From Chrysomallon squamiferum (taxonomy: Eukaryota > Animalia > Mollusca): a DNA stretch of 64,000 nt. This document shows, one piece after another, positions 27,101 to 39,849 of the stretch. Below the pieces are notes generated by a model, which worked only from the letters and a program-made list of their open reading frames with translations, did no database searches and was not told where the DNA came from. The DNA lies in NCBI GenBank assembly GCA_012295275.1, contig CM022672.1:7006001-7070000 (forward strand). Reading direction: 5' to 3'. The first letter of the stretch is position 1. Each line of letters opens with the position of its first letter. Both the position numbers and the translations under genes were made by a program.

Positions 27101-30094
27101 GTTAATTGTTTTTTTTTTACTTAAAAATATATATTACATTATGTTATTACCAACACTGGAATTCTTAAAAAGTTAGATATGCAAAGTAACATCTTTTATA
27201 TTATTTATTATGATAAAGCAAAAAGTAGTTCACAGTAAAAGAAATATGTTTTGTCATTTAGATGTTAAGTTTGACATAACAGTAGATGTGTTTTTAATTT
27301 TCAATATGAAATTCCTATTGTAATTATCTTACAGGTTATCTAACATTTGTGTACTTTAAAATCAGTTTAATTTAGTGATATTTTATTTTCGTTTTTGCAG
27401 ACAGTGTCGAGAAATTTGTAGAAGTATTTTGCAAGACTGTGAAAGATTTCACAACAAACAAAGAACACTTTGCTTTGAAGGAGATACATGTTGTTGACAC
27501 TGATGACAAAGTTGTAAGTTTTGTTAGCACACTTGTTGAAAACAGTGGAGTAAATGTCTGGGCTTCACGCAGTGAAACTGATGTCTACAAGAACGAAAGT
27601 TCTCCAGCACAACATGCACCATCCCAGCATTCAGATCATGTTAATCATGTTTGTCCAATTTGTCTGGATAAAATGTCAAATCCTCTGAAACTGAAAAATG
27701 TGGCCATAGTTTTTGTAAAGACTGTATTGATACACAAATGAAATACAAACCTGTTTGTCCAATCTGTGGAATGTTGTATGGTGTTCTCACTGGTAACATG
27801 CCTACAGGAAAAAAAATGCATGTTTATCATTATAAGAGTGGGGACTTCCTGGATACAAAGAATATGGATCTTATCATATCACTTACTGGTTTCCAGATGG
27901 ATTCCAAACTGTAAGTACTGTAGAATGTTTGTACAGCTGTTTCAGTAAGATGTTTTTCTAAATATAGATACAAACAGAGATGTCCATTTGCTTATATATA
28001 CTAGGTGTGACCTGCAATTAAGGATTTCTGGAACAAGTTTAATGTTTTCTTAAAATGTAAACTAAAAGTAATCAATGAAGGGATATTTAACAGATACAAA
28101 TTAAAACATTTATAAAGCTCATTTTTTCTTATCTGGTGAAGATTTTCAAGCAACACTTTGTCCATGGCTATACTCAACAACTGGTTTAAAAAAAAAAAAA
28201 AATTAATATGGGCACATTACTCACACTGTAAAAATTAATTGTTTTTAATAATACAAATAGTAGATTTAACAACATCATTCTTCTGAAAAACTAAAACCAT
28301 CTCTATTAAGTCTCATAAGTAAACCCAACTTTCTGAAATATACCAAAATAATTTTTTTTTTTGGGTTTTTTTTTTTTTTTTTTCTCATTATCAAATTGTT
28401 ATTAACTTATTGTGTTGACCTTTTAGACATGAAAATTACAGTACACTAGGGAAAATAATTTACATAAATGTAGAGAGATCCAAGATTTTTATATATATTA
28501 TTTTTATTAACACATATGGTTAATTCTTTTTAATAATAAAATTAATTTTATAATTATTGAATTTTTTATTTAATAATTTGGGAGCCCCTGAGGCAGAGGA
28601 TGTGGAACAGTTGCCTTTTTGCCCATTTTGCCCCCTGATAAATCTGTCCTGGTTTTCAATTTAAATTTAATCAGCACTGTTGGAATATTACTTATTAAAT
28701 GCTGCACTTTAGGTTGAGAATTTACATTTGTAACAAAACATTTAGAAATAAACTTGTTACTGACATGCTGAATATTCCTGCACTGGATAAATGAAATTTT
28801 TGTATGTTTAATTACTACTATTAATAATAATAATAAACATTCTATTGAAAATCTTGATGGTGTTCTACAATTTTTTCCCACAATTAATTTATATAAATTG
28901 TTTTTCAGAAAGAACATCCTGATGAAGGACAGTGGTATTATGGTATTACCCGCTATGCTTATTTACCAGATACACTAGAAAATCGCAAAATACTTGCCAT
29001 GTTACGTGTTGCTTGGGAACGAAGACTGACATTTACTATTGGAAGATCAGTCACAACTGGATATGATGGAGTCATAACATGGAATGACATTCATCATAAA
29101 ACAAACATGTAGTGGAGGCCCAGACAAGTAGGTTCTCATATAATCCCTTAAATAGGTAGACCATCTTAGTAGTAAAGTTGTCAGGTTTGTAATAATACAT
29201 CACCAGAAGCTTACTAAGTAAACCTTCCAGTGTGAATGTGTTTCTTTACCTCATTAAAAATGTTACTTTTAATATTTAGGCAAAATATTACTGAATTGAA
29301 GTTGATATAATTAATTTGTTTTAGGATACTTTAATTAGATAAAGAATGAATTGAAGTTGACATGATAAACTTGTTTTAGAAATTATTTTCATTGTATTAA
29401 TAGTGTCAGATATAATAATTCTATGAAAGAGTTTGCAGTATTTAAAATTTTAAACTTAGATTTAGTTGTAAAGGTTTTGTTGTGAAGATTAATCAGTATC
29501 TTATGTAGTGTTTATTTACATGCTACTGTGTGTTATTGTTTTGTTTTGCATGTTTAGACAATGTGTTGTACAACACAATTTACATAGGCTAAAGTGTTTG
29601 CCAGAAACACTGTCCTGTCATGACTGACCACTTCTCTTATCCATGCTTCTTATTTCTTCACTCTGAAACTTTGTATAAGAATATCAATCTATCCTGTACA
29701 TTCACAGTATATTCGTCTTACAAGTGAAATGATTTTGTTTTTGTAATAGGAGGCTATTATAATCTACAGAGGTTATATAATTATGTGTACATGTGTATTT
29801 TATTATTTATACACTTGTTGCTTCTTTAGAGTTAAGAATTTTTAAGCCAACATTAATAAAGTTTATATTGTTTTGAGATTATCAGTGAACTGTTTTGTGA
29901 CATAAATTTTTTTCATACACTATTTCAATTCTGTATTTTAATATAATATTAAAGTATTGTTTCTCTTTCTTTATAGATTTGGTTATCCAGATCCTGGCTA
30001 TCTAGATCGTGTGAAAGAAGAACTGTCAGCCAAGGGAATCACTGAAGAAAGTATTAAAGATCCAAAGTACAAGCAGCTCACTGGAACCTTTTAG
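7809..30094 (+). CDS. Multi-macrodomain RING-Deltex C-terminal (DTX3L-like) E3 ubiquitin ligase, copy A, ~1800 aa, multi-exon, with apparent frameshifts
   Basis: Phase-consistent exons: 10505-10573, 10883-11388, 11705-12139, 13078-13139, 14427-14657, 16179-16400, 17715-17775, 19078-19197, 19545-19595, 19966-20145, 20643-20864, 21352-21476, 22138-22258, 23593-23653, 23929-24122, 24578-24639, 25011-26085, 26425-27096, 27401-27910, 28909-29127, 29977-30094 (TAG). Start codon uncertain. Frameshifts at ~10961-10967, ~27694-27698, ~27835-27843 and ~29110. Confidence 0.75.
13078..16400 (+). CDS. PARP14/PARP9-type macrodomain of copy A (3 exons)
   Basis: GDISKLE|CDVIVNTVD..VSKCILKAAG..TGAGKL..|..AIAFPVLGTGILNY..IEKVLFVV. 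Exons 13078-13139, 14427-14657 (GC donor GCAAGT) and 16179-16400. Confidence 0.85.
14750..16165 (+). repeat. Intronic minisatellite, 36-38-bp unit, ~37 copies
   Basis: Unit TTTGTTATCTGTGTGTTTTAGTTAACATTAYACTGATG in head-to-tail array. Confidence 0.95.
17842..18597 (+). mobile_element. Internally deleted Tc1/mariner-superfamily transposon (rosa/DD41D- or Tc3-like)
   Basis: TIRs CAGAGTGTCCCAAAAGTAA / TTACTTTTGGGACACCCTG followed by TA. ORF remnants include an N-terminal HTH-like piece and DLTPPDFFLWGVLKNAVYANKPRTIDQLK..HFEHL. The DDD core is deleted. Confidence 0.9.
25011..27096 (+). CDS. KH-like region, MacroD-type macrodomain and second degenerate macrodomain of copy A
   Basis: VYKGNITQLSVEAIVNAANGHLSHGAGVARAI..TTAGRLP..VLHAVGP..SVAIPSISSG|IFGVP. 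Then VYQKDISKVHCDAVV..QSIAIPVF. Exons 25011-26085 and 26425-27096. Confidence 0.9.
27401..30094 (+). CDS. C3HC4 RING and Deltex C-terminal domain exons of copy A
   Basis: CPICLD..CGHSFCKDCI..CPICG (needs 1-nt correction), [55 protein letters not shown]. Confidence 0.9.
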
Positions 30095-32041
30095 CACATT
30101 TGACCACAGACTAAAACATTCATATTTGTACTTGTCATTTGTACTTGTTACATAAGATTTCTGTAATTTTTTAATTATTTGGTTGGTGTATTTTACTACT
30201 GGATACTTTTATTTTTTAGTGAATCTTTGGATCTTCTTAATTGTGTGGATATAATAATTAATTAACACCATCATCAATTACATATTCTGAATATTTTGAA
30301 GTATATTAATTAGTAATGGTGAGGTTTTATTTATCATTATTTTTATTCTATTTTCTTTCTGTTTTAATGTTTGCTTGTTTTAACTAGATTATTTATATTA
30401 CTGAAATTGATATTGCGTTGTTCAGAAACATATACTGAGACATTTCTTTCTCAGTGCCTTGTATTATGACTGCTTTGATTCTTTTAACATTTTATTTTAC
30501 ATATTTCTTTTTCTTTCCTTTACATTACAACCCACTGATCTTTCTTAATTTTATGTTCTGACATGTTTTTATTACTAACAGTGTAGATAGTTTTCAGATT
30601 TTTTGATGTTCTGATAAATCTAATGATGGTGAGGGGTTTTCTACATATTATTTACATTATTTGACTTTTTTATCATTTACTTTTAACTATGTTATGTATA
30701 TTTATTGTAGAAAATGTGGCAATTAATGTTAATATATTTAACAGCGTCTGTTACTGTATTATCTAATATAGTTAATAATATGTATTATTTATATTTTATA
30801 TATATATACACTATGCATGTATGTGTTCTTATAATAATAATTTTAAAAAGCACTAAATAAATTGAAAAATAAAGAAAAAAGCAGACAAACTGGAGAAAAT
30901 CAACAAATTACAACAGTAAAACTGGTCAAATGATAATAAATAAAACTGAGCCAAGCATTTTGTCTCTTAGAAATTGTAATCTGTCAGTAATATCAAAATA
31001 AATAATTTACATGTATATAAGTTTAATTTCAATCAAGTACAAAGGTGTTTAGACATTTCAAAACAGAAATGTCAAGTGTTGTTTTATCTAGAAAAGATGA
31101 ATTCTTCTTGACATGAGTTTTAATTCAAGTAGTGATAATTAAATGTTGACAATTAACTTGAAGATGTACTAATGTGACAGATTTTTTGATATCTCTACCT
31201 AATCACCTAAATACAGTTTCTTTACACACAACATGTAATCAACATTTCCTGACAGATTTCTGAAAACAAGAGTACAGTGATTTTGGTATTGAGTTAGAAA
31301 GTTATTTGATCCTGTACCATCATGTGACTGAATCAACTCTACAACAACAACTTAAGGGTAACTGCTGAATTTTATCTCTCAGTGTTATTGTATATAGGTG
31401 ATTAGTTCATATTGATGTTTTCAAGAAAGCAGAATGATTTAAACAAGATATTAATATATTGAATGTTTAATGTTGTTTTCTTTTTTTCTCTTTTTTTTCT
31501 TTTTTTTAAATTAATCTTTTGTAATATTGCATAGTATTTTAGTACACAAAGACAAATACATTCATTCATACACACATACACAGACATGCACACATGATAG
31601 ATACATGTAAATATATATAAAACTGTTTTATCATTTATACATCTGTTAAGAGTTTATTATATTATACTATCTGTGTATATACAAAATTTGATTACGCAGT
31701 CTTTAATATTTTTAAATCATGGACAACAAATAACTTCAAAAATGAAGATCTAATGAAATTGTTTTAAATCTAAATCAATTTTTAATAAAATATTTGAAAT
31801 TCGGATGTTCTTAATTTATTTACTTTTATAGCTGTTTATTATTTAAATTGAATATTGCTGAGAATTTTAAATTTTCTCTAAAGGTAACAGCAAACAGGCT
31901 GTAATTTTATGCTTGTTATTTGCATACATGGTTTTAATATTAAAGACATTGAAAAATTCATATTTATTAGTATCATCATTTATATTTAAGCAGAATGTTG
32001 TATTTAACATCTCTCTCTCATTCTAAATCTTTGTTTTTGCA

Positions 32042-32046
<5 letters not shown>

Positions 32047-32096
<50 letters not shown>
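32047..32096. repeat. (CT)n microsatellite
   Basis: Direct reading; shorter paralogous tract at ~61222-61237. Confidence 0.95.
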
Positions 32097-32101
<5 letters not shown>

Positions 32102-33181
32102 ATCGTTGTTTTTGCATAATGAGGAAATGAAAAAGGAAACCTGTTTCAGCCACTCCATATTTACCTTTAATGACTGTAACAAATGTTTTATATAAACCTT
32201 GACATAAACAGAAAATCTCATATCACAACTTTTATAATTTAAGTTTTGAAACAAAGTAATTAAACAAGACTTTTTCATTATTCTTGTAATTGCTATTAAT
32301 GGGTGAAAAGCTAAAACATGAAAACTGAAAGACGTATTATAAATGATCTTGTGTAGCTAGTGAAGAAGTGAAATGGGTTTTCTCTATGTCAGCAACAACA
32401 ACAAAAAATCACAGATTATTGCTTCTTTTAAACGTGTTTTTTGTTTGTTGTAGTTTCATCATTGTTGTTTTCTGTGTATGTCCTTTGTTTATTTTTTTTA
32501 GTTTATTTTTTTTAATTTCTTCTAGTTAAGCTTGATTAAACAACAAAAACATTTATGAAATGGTTTAATACACTTTTTCTTTGTTTGTTTTTAAATATTT
32601 AATTTTCTTTATTTTCTTTATTTTCCTTATTTTTAATTAATTTATTTATTCGTTTATTTATTTTATTTATTTTATTTTTTTTACTGATTTTCTTATAATA
32701 TATTACTATTTGAGTTTATTATTTCTGTACAATATTTATATATGAAAATATTCTGAAGAATATTTATTTATCTTTAATCTTCTATATAGTTTTAATAGTT
32801 TTAACTGTTAAATGAAAGAGTACATAGTTACCATAATTATTTATGAAACTATATTTTAAGAGGAGGCAAGATATTCTATACGGACTGGTTTGATTTGAAA
32901 CAAAATTATTTCATGTTGATCAGAAATATTTGTTTAGAAGATATGAAGAAATTTGAGTTTAAAAATCTTTTTAAAATAAATCAGATGAATAATAGTTCAT
33001 TAAAAAATGGTAAATAAATTCTTTCAAAGTTACTGAAACAATAGCATTAATTGAAACTTGATAAACAACGCTTTGAGAAAAATTACAATCCAGTCGTGCA
33101 TAAACATTTTACAGTGCAGTCATTTTCTTCACGTGTTTAGGAAATCTAGAAATTAAGATTGTAATATATATGTGTGTGTTT

Positions 33182-33780
33182 GTACTATTTTGGCATGTGA
33201 TCTACAACTTAAAGGGCAATCAACAGCAAAGAAATATATATATATACAGAAAATTTCTATAATATAAGAGGAAGATCTTAAAATCCTTAAAGATTAATGC
33301 ATGATACATCTATAAGAACATCATATCCAGGAAAGCTTTATTTCTGAGTACGTGTACGATTTTTTTTATTCATTCCGACAAATAGCCAGAATACTCCAAT
33401 TTAAATCGTCTAAATTTCCAATACTCAAGTACTTTGTATTTTGAACAAGATGAGAGGAGGAACCAAAGAACCTTCCAATCACAACTTGATTATTTCTGTT
33501 GGCTACAGATGAGGAAGAATGCTGAAGATGTTTTACCTGCGTTTCTAGCAGATGTTCGTTTAATTCATCGATAAAATTATTCAAATAATAAGTATTTTTT
33601 AGCCCTTGTTACTATAAATTATAAATATATAACAAAAAAAAAATATATGCCGTTTAATTTACGCCATGAAAAAAAAATAAATAAAAAAAATCAAAAATAA
33701 TAAATAATAATTAAAATAAGCGCGTAGATGACACATCTAAGTAAAATTTTGCACGTTGTAGATCACACGCCAAATATCAC
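33182..33780. mobile_element. MITE-like ~600-bp element bounded by inverted repeats (one per array unit; also 62206-62820)
   Basis: TTTGGCATGTGATCTACAAC ... GTTGTAGATCACACGCCAAA. No TSD recognised. Confidence 0.45.
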
Positions 33781-34345
33781 CGTTAATTAAAGTGATCAAT
33801 GTAATATCTGCTTTGAAAATTATAAAACGTTTAATTTCATCTGTATTTCATTACTTGGTAATAAAGATAACATATAGAAATTTGTGATTGACGTTTGTTT
33901 CTTAATTCACTGTTGCCGTTTCAATGTAACATGTAAACTATCTTGTAAAACTTGACTTAACTATTAAACGTCCCATATTTCATTTTCCTATGTGTTACAA
34001 TACAGCTTTAGTAATTACATAAATATCACATGTACCGGTGAATGAAATGTGCAGTACTTGTATATTTATATCACATTAACACATTTCTACTACTTTTTTC
34101 ATTTATTACTTTTTGGATCCACCGACTTCAATTCTGTCATCTACGAAAATAAAAATAATTGAGATTTGGTTATTATTAATTTTAATTTTTCCTGTCAATT
34201 TATATGTAGACAATGTTCCTATAAATTTCGAACATTTCTTTGCATTTAATCATTGCATTTCGGGATTGAAGTTGGTTACCAGTTTCTGTTCTTTGAAAGA
34301 TCTTGATTAAAACCGATTTCTTCCAGCAAAATGAACAAATCGAGT

Positions 34346-34361
34346 AAAACGAAAGTGAAAC
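34346..34361. promoter_or_regulatory. ISRE-like motif in inverted promoter fragment (also 36217-36232, 38093-38108)
   Basis: AAAACGAAAGTGAAAC within the B segment, which is a reverse-complement homologue of 41985-42183. Confidence 0.55.
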
Positions 34362-37300
34362 AAGGAAAAGACTTGCTATCGGACTTTGCTCGACTAAAGA
34401 CCGATAACTCCCAATTCCGAAAAACATTTATGAAATGGTTTAATACACTTTTTCTTTGTTTGTTTTTAAATATTTAATTTTCTTTATTTTCTTTATTTTC
34501 CTTATTTTTAATTAATTTATTTATTCGTTTATTTATTTTATTTATTTTATTTTTTTACTGATTTTCTTATAATATATTACTATTTGAGTTTATTATTTCT
34601 GTACAATATTTATATATGAAAATATTCTGAAGAATATTTATTTATCTTTAATCTTCTATATAGTTTTAATAGTTTTAACTGTTAAATGAAAGAGTACATA
34701 GTTACCATAATTATTTATGAAACTATATTTTAAGAGGAGGCAAGATATTCTATACGGACTGGTTTGATTTGAAACAAAATTATTTCATGTTGATCAGAAA
34801 TATTTGTTTAGAAGATATGAAGAAATTTGAGTTTAAAAATCTTTTTAAAATAAATCAGATGAATAATAGTTCATTAAAAAATGGTAAATAAATTCTTTCA
34901 AAGTTACTGAAACAATAGCATTAATTGAAACTTGATAAACAACGCTTTGAGAAAAATTACAATCCAGTCGTGCATAAACATTTTACAGTGCAGTCATTTT
35001 CTTCACGTGTTTAGGAAATCTAGAAATTAAGATTGTAATATATATGTGTGTGTTTGTACTATTTTGGCATGTGATCTACAACTTAAAGGGCAATCAACAG
35101 CAAAGAAATATATATATATACAGAAAATTTCTATAATATAAGAGGAAGATCTTAAAATCCTTAAAGATTAATGCATGATACATCTATAAGAACATCATAT
35201 CCAGGAAAGCTTTATTTCTGAGTACGTCACGATTTTTTTATTCATTCCGACAAATAGCCAGAATACTCCAATTTAAATCGTCTAAATTTCCAATACTCAA
35301 GTACTTTGTATTTTGAACAAGATGAGAGGAGGAACCAAAGAACCTTCCAATCACAACTTGATTATTTCTGTTGGCTACAGATGAGGAAGAATGCTGAAGA
35401 TGTTTTACCTGCGTTTCTAGCAGATGTTCGTTTAATTCATCGATAAAATTATTCAAATAATAAGTATTTTTTTTAGCCCTTGTTACTATAAATTATAAAT
35501 ATATAACAAAAGAAAAATATATGCCGTTTAATTTACGCCATGAAAAAATAATAACAAAAAAATCAAAAATAATAAATAATAATTAAAATAAGCGCGTAGA
35601 TGACACATCTAAGTAAAATTTTGCACGTTGTAGATCACACGCCAAATATCACCGTTAATTAAAGTGATCAATGTAATATCTGCTTTGAAAATTATAAAAC
35701 GTTTAATTTCATCTGTATTTCATTACTTGGTAATAAAGATAACATATAGAAATTTGTGATTGACGTTTGTTTCTTAATTCACTGTTGCCGTTTCAATGTA
35801 ACATGTAAACTATCTTGTAAAACTTGACTTAACTATTAAACGTCCCATATTTCATTTTCCTATGTGTTACAATACAGCTTTAGTAATTACATAAATATCA
35901 CATGTACCGGTGAATGAAATGTGCAGTACTTGTATATTTATATCACATTAACACATTTCTACTACTTTTTTCATTTATTACTTTTGGATCCACCGACTTC
36001 AATTCTGTCATCTACGAAAATAAAAATAATTGAGATTTGGTTATTATTAATTTTAATTTTTCCTGTCAATTTATATGTAGACAATGTTCCTATAAATTTC
36101 GAACATTTCTTTGCATTTAATCATTGCATTTCGGGATTGAAGTTGGTTACCAGTTTCTGTTCTTTGAAAGATCTTGATTAAAACCGATTTCTTCCAGCAA
36201 AATGAACAAATCGAGTAAAACGAAAGTGAAACAAGGAAAAGACTTGCTATCGGACTTTGCTCGACTAAAGACCGATAACTCCCAATTCCGAAAAACATTT
36301 ATGAAATGGTTTAATACACTTTTTCTTTGTTTGTTTTTAAATATTTAATTTTCTTTATTTTCTTTATTTTCCTTATTTTTAATTAATTTATTTATTCGTT
36401 TATTTATTTTATTTATTTTATTTTTTTTACTGATTTTCTTATAATATATTACTATTTGAGTTTATTATTTCTGTACAATATTTATATATGAAAATATTCT
36501 GAAGAATATTTATTTATCTTTAATCTTCTATATAGTTTTAATAGTTTTAACTGTTAAATGAAAGAGTACATAGTTACCATAATTATTTATGAAACTATAT
36601 TTTAAGAGGAGGCAAGATATTCTATACGGACTGGTTTGATTTGAAACAAAATTATTTCATGTTGATCAGAAATATTTGTTTAGAAGATATGAAGAAATTT
36701 GAGTTTAAAAATCTTTTTAAAATAAATCAGATGAATAATAGTTCATTAAAAAATGGTAAATAAATTCTTTCAAAGTTACTGAAACAATAGCATTAATTGA
36801 AACTTGATAAACAACGCTTTGAGAAAAATTACAATCCAGTCGTGCATAAACATTTTACAGTGCAGTCATTTTCTTCACGTGTTTAGGAAATCTAGAAATT
36901 AAGATTGTAATATATATGTGTGTGTTTGTACTATTTTGGCATGTGATCTACAACTTAAAGGGCAATCAACAGCAAAGAAATATATATATATACAGAAAAT
37001 TTCTATAATATAAGAGGAAGATCTTAAAATCCTTAAAGATTAATGCATGATACATCTATAAGAACATCATATCCAGGAAAGCTTTATTTCTGAGTACGTG
37101 TACGATTTTTTTATTCATTCCGACAAATAGCCAGAATACTCCAATTTAAATCGTCTAAATTTCCAATACTCAAGTACTTTGTATTTTGAACAAGATGAGA
37201 GGAGTGAACCAAAGAACCTTCCAATCACAACTTGATTATTTCTGTTGGCTACAGATGAGGAAGAATGCTGAAGATGTTTTACCTGCGTTTCTAGCAGATG

Positions 37301-39849
37301 TTCGTTTAATTCATCGATAAAATTATTCAAATAATAAGTATTTTTTTTAGCCCTTGTTACTATAAATTATAAATATATAACAAAAGAAAAATATATGCCG
37401 TTTAATTTACGCCATGAAAAAATAATAACAAAAAAATCAAAAATAATAAATAATAATTAAAATAAGCGCGTAGATGACACATCTAAGTAAAATTTTGCAC
37501 GTTGTAGATCACACGCCAAATATCACCGTTAATTAAAGTGATCAATGTAATATCTGCTTTGAAAATTATAAAACGTTTAATTTCATCTGTATTTCATTAC
37601 TTGGTAATAAAGATAACATATAGAAATTTGTGATTGACGTTTGTTTCTTAATTCACTGTTGCCGTTTCAATGTAACATGTAAACTATCTTGTAAAACTTG
37701 ACTTAACTATTAAACGTCCCATATTTCATTTTCCTATGTGTTACAATACAGCTTTAGTAATTACATAAATATCACATGTACCGGTGAATGAAATGTGCAG
37801 TACTTGTATATTTATATCACATTAACACATTTCTACTACTTTTTTTCATTTATTACTTTTTGGATCCACCGACTTCAATTCTGTCATCTACGAAAATAAA
37901 AATAATTGAGATTTGGTTATTATTAATTTTAATTTTTCCTGTCAATTTATATGTAGACAATGTTCCTATAAATTTCGAACATTTCTTTGCATTTAATCAT
38001 TGCATTTCGGGATTGAAGTTGGTTACCAGTTTCTGTTCTTTGAAAGATCTTGATTAAAACCGATTTCTTCCAGCAAAATGAACAAATCGAGTAAAACGAA
38101 AGTGAAACAAGGAAAAAGACTTGCTATCGGACTTTGCTCGACTAAAGACCGATAACTCCCAATTCCGAAAAACATTTATGAAATGGTTTAATACACTTTT
38201 TCTTTGTTTGTTTTTAAATATTTAATTTTCTTTATTTTCTTTATTTTCCTTATTTTTAATTAATTTATTTATTCGTTTATTTATTTTATTTATTTTATTT
38301 TTTTTACTGATTTTCTTATAATATATTACTATTTGAGTTTATTATTTCTGTACAATATTTATATATGAAAATATTCTGAAGAATATTTATTTATCTTTAA
38401 TCTTCTATATAGTTTTAATAGTTTTAACTGTTAAATGAAAGAGTACATAGTTACCATAATTATTTATGAAACTATATTTTAAGAGGAGGCAAGATATTCT
38501 ATACGGACTGGTTTGATTTGAAACAAAATTATTTCATGTTGATCAGAAATATTTGTTTAGAAGATATGAAGAAATTTGAGTTTAAAAATCTTTTTAAAAT
38601 AAATCAGATGAATAATAGTTCATTAAAAAATGGTAAATAAATTCTTTCAAAGTTACTGAAACAATAGCATTAATTGAAACTTGATAAACAACGCTTTGAG
38701 AAAAATTACAATCCAGTCGTGCATAAACATTTTACAGTGCAGTCATTTTCTTCACGTGTTTAGGAAATCTAGAAATTAAGATTGTAATATATATGTGTGT
38801 GTTTGTACTATTTTGGCATGTGATCTACAACTTAAAGGGCAATCAACAGCAAAGAAATATATATATATACAGAAAATTTCTATAATATAAGAGGAAGATC
38901 TTAAAATCCTTAAAGATTAATGCATGATACATCTATAAGAACATCATATCCAGGAAAGCTTTATTTCTGAGTACGTGTACGATTTTTTTATTCATTCCGA
39001 CAAATAGCCAGAATACTCCAATTTAAATCGTCTAAATTTCCAATACTCAAGTACTTTGTATTTTGAACAAGATGAGAGGAGTGAACCAAAGAACCTTCCA
39101 ATCACAACTTGATTATTTCTGTTGGCTACAGATGAGGAAGAATGCTGAAGATGTTTTACCTGCGTTTCTAGCAGATGTTCGTTTAATTCATCGATAAAAT
39201 TATTCAAATAATAAGTATTTTTTTTAAGCCTTGTTACTATAAATTATAAATATATAACAAAAGAAAAATATATGCCGTTTAATTTACGCCATGAAAAAAT
39301 AATAACAAAAAAATCAAAAATAATAAATAATAATTAAAATAAGCGCGTAGATGACACATCTAAGTAAAATTTTGCACGTTGTAGATCACACGCCAAATAT
39401 CACCGTTAATTAAAGTGATCAATGTAATATCTGCTTTGAAAATTATAAAACGTTTAATTTCATCTGTATTTCATTACTTGGTAATAAAGATAACATACAG
39501 AAATTTGTGATTGACGTTTGTTTCTTAATTCACTGTTGCCGTTTCAATGTAACATGTAAACTATCTTGTAAAACTTGACTTAACTATTAAACGTCCCATA
39601 TTTCATTTTCCTATGTGTTACAATACAGCTTTAGTAATTACATAAATATCACATGTACCAGTGAATGAAATGTGCAGTACTTGTATATTTATATCACATT
39701 AACACATTTCTACTACTTTTTTCATTTATTACTTTTTGGATCCACCGACTTCAATTCTATCATCTACGAAAATAAAAATAATTGAGATTTGGTTATTATT
39801 AATTTTAATTTTTCCTGTCAATTTATATGTAGACAATGTTCCTACATCT

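Larger units (their letters stand above)
32545..39844. repeat. Tandem array of ~1.87-kb near-identical units (A-B-A-B-A-B-A)
   Basis: Unit starts (AAAAACATTTATGAAATGG) at 32545, 34420, 36291 and 38168. The last unit lacks the ~200-bp B segment. A single diverged A copy lies at ~61798-63210. Confidence 0.95.

Noticed and set aside
31995-32278. SL/ER-repeat ORFs
   Set aside because: Translations of the (CT)n microsatellite.
33091-33105. CAGTCGTGCATAAAC as the missing hAT terminus
   Set aside because: Weak match to the TIR and no matching GTCTAGAT TSD.
33366-39207. Repeated 65-89 aa ORFs in the 1.87-kb array as a gene family
   Set aside because: They recur only because the DNA is repeated, frames differ between copies, and no domain is recognised.
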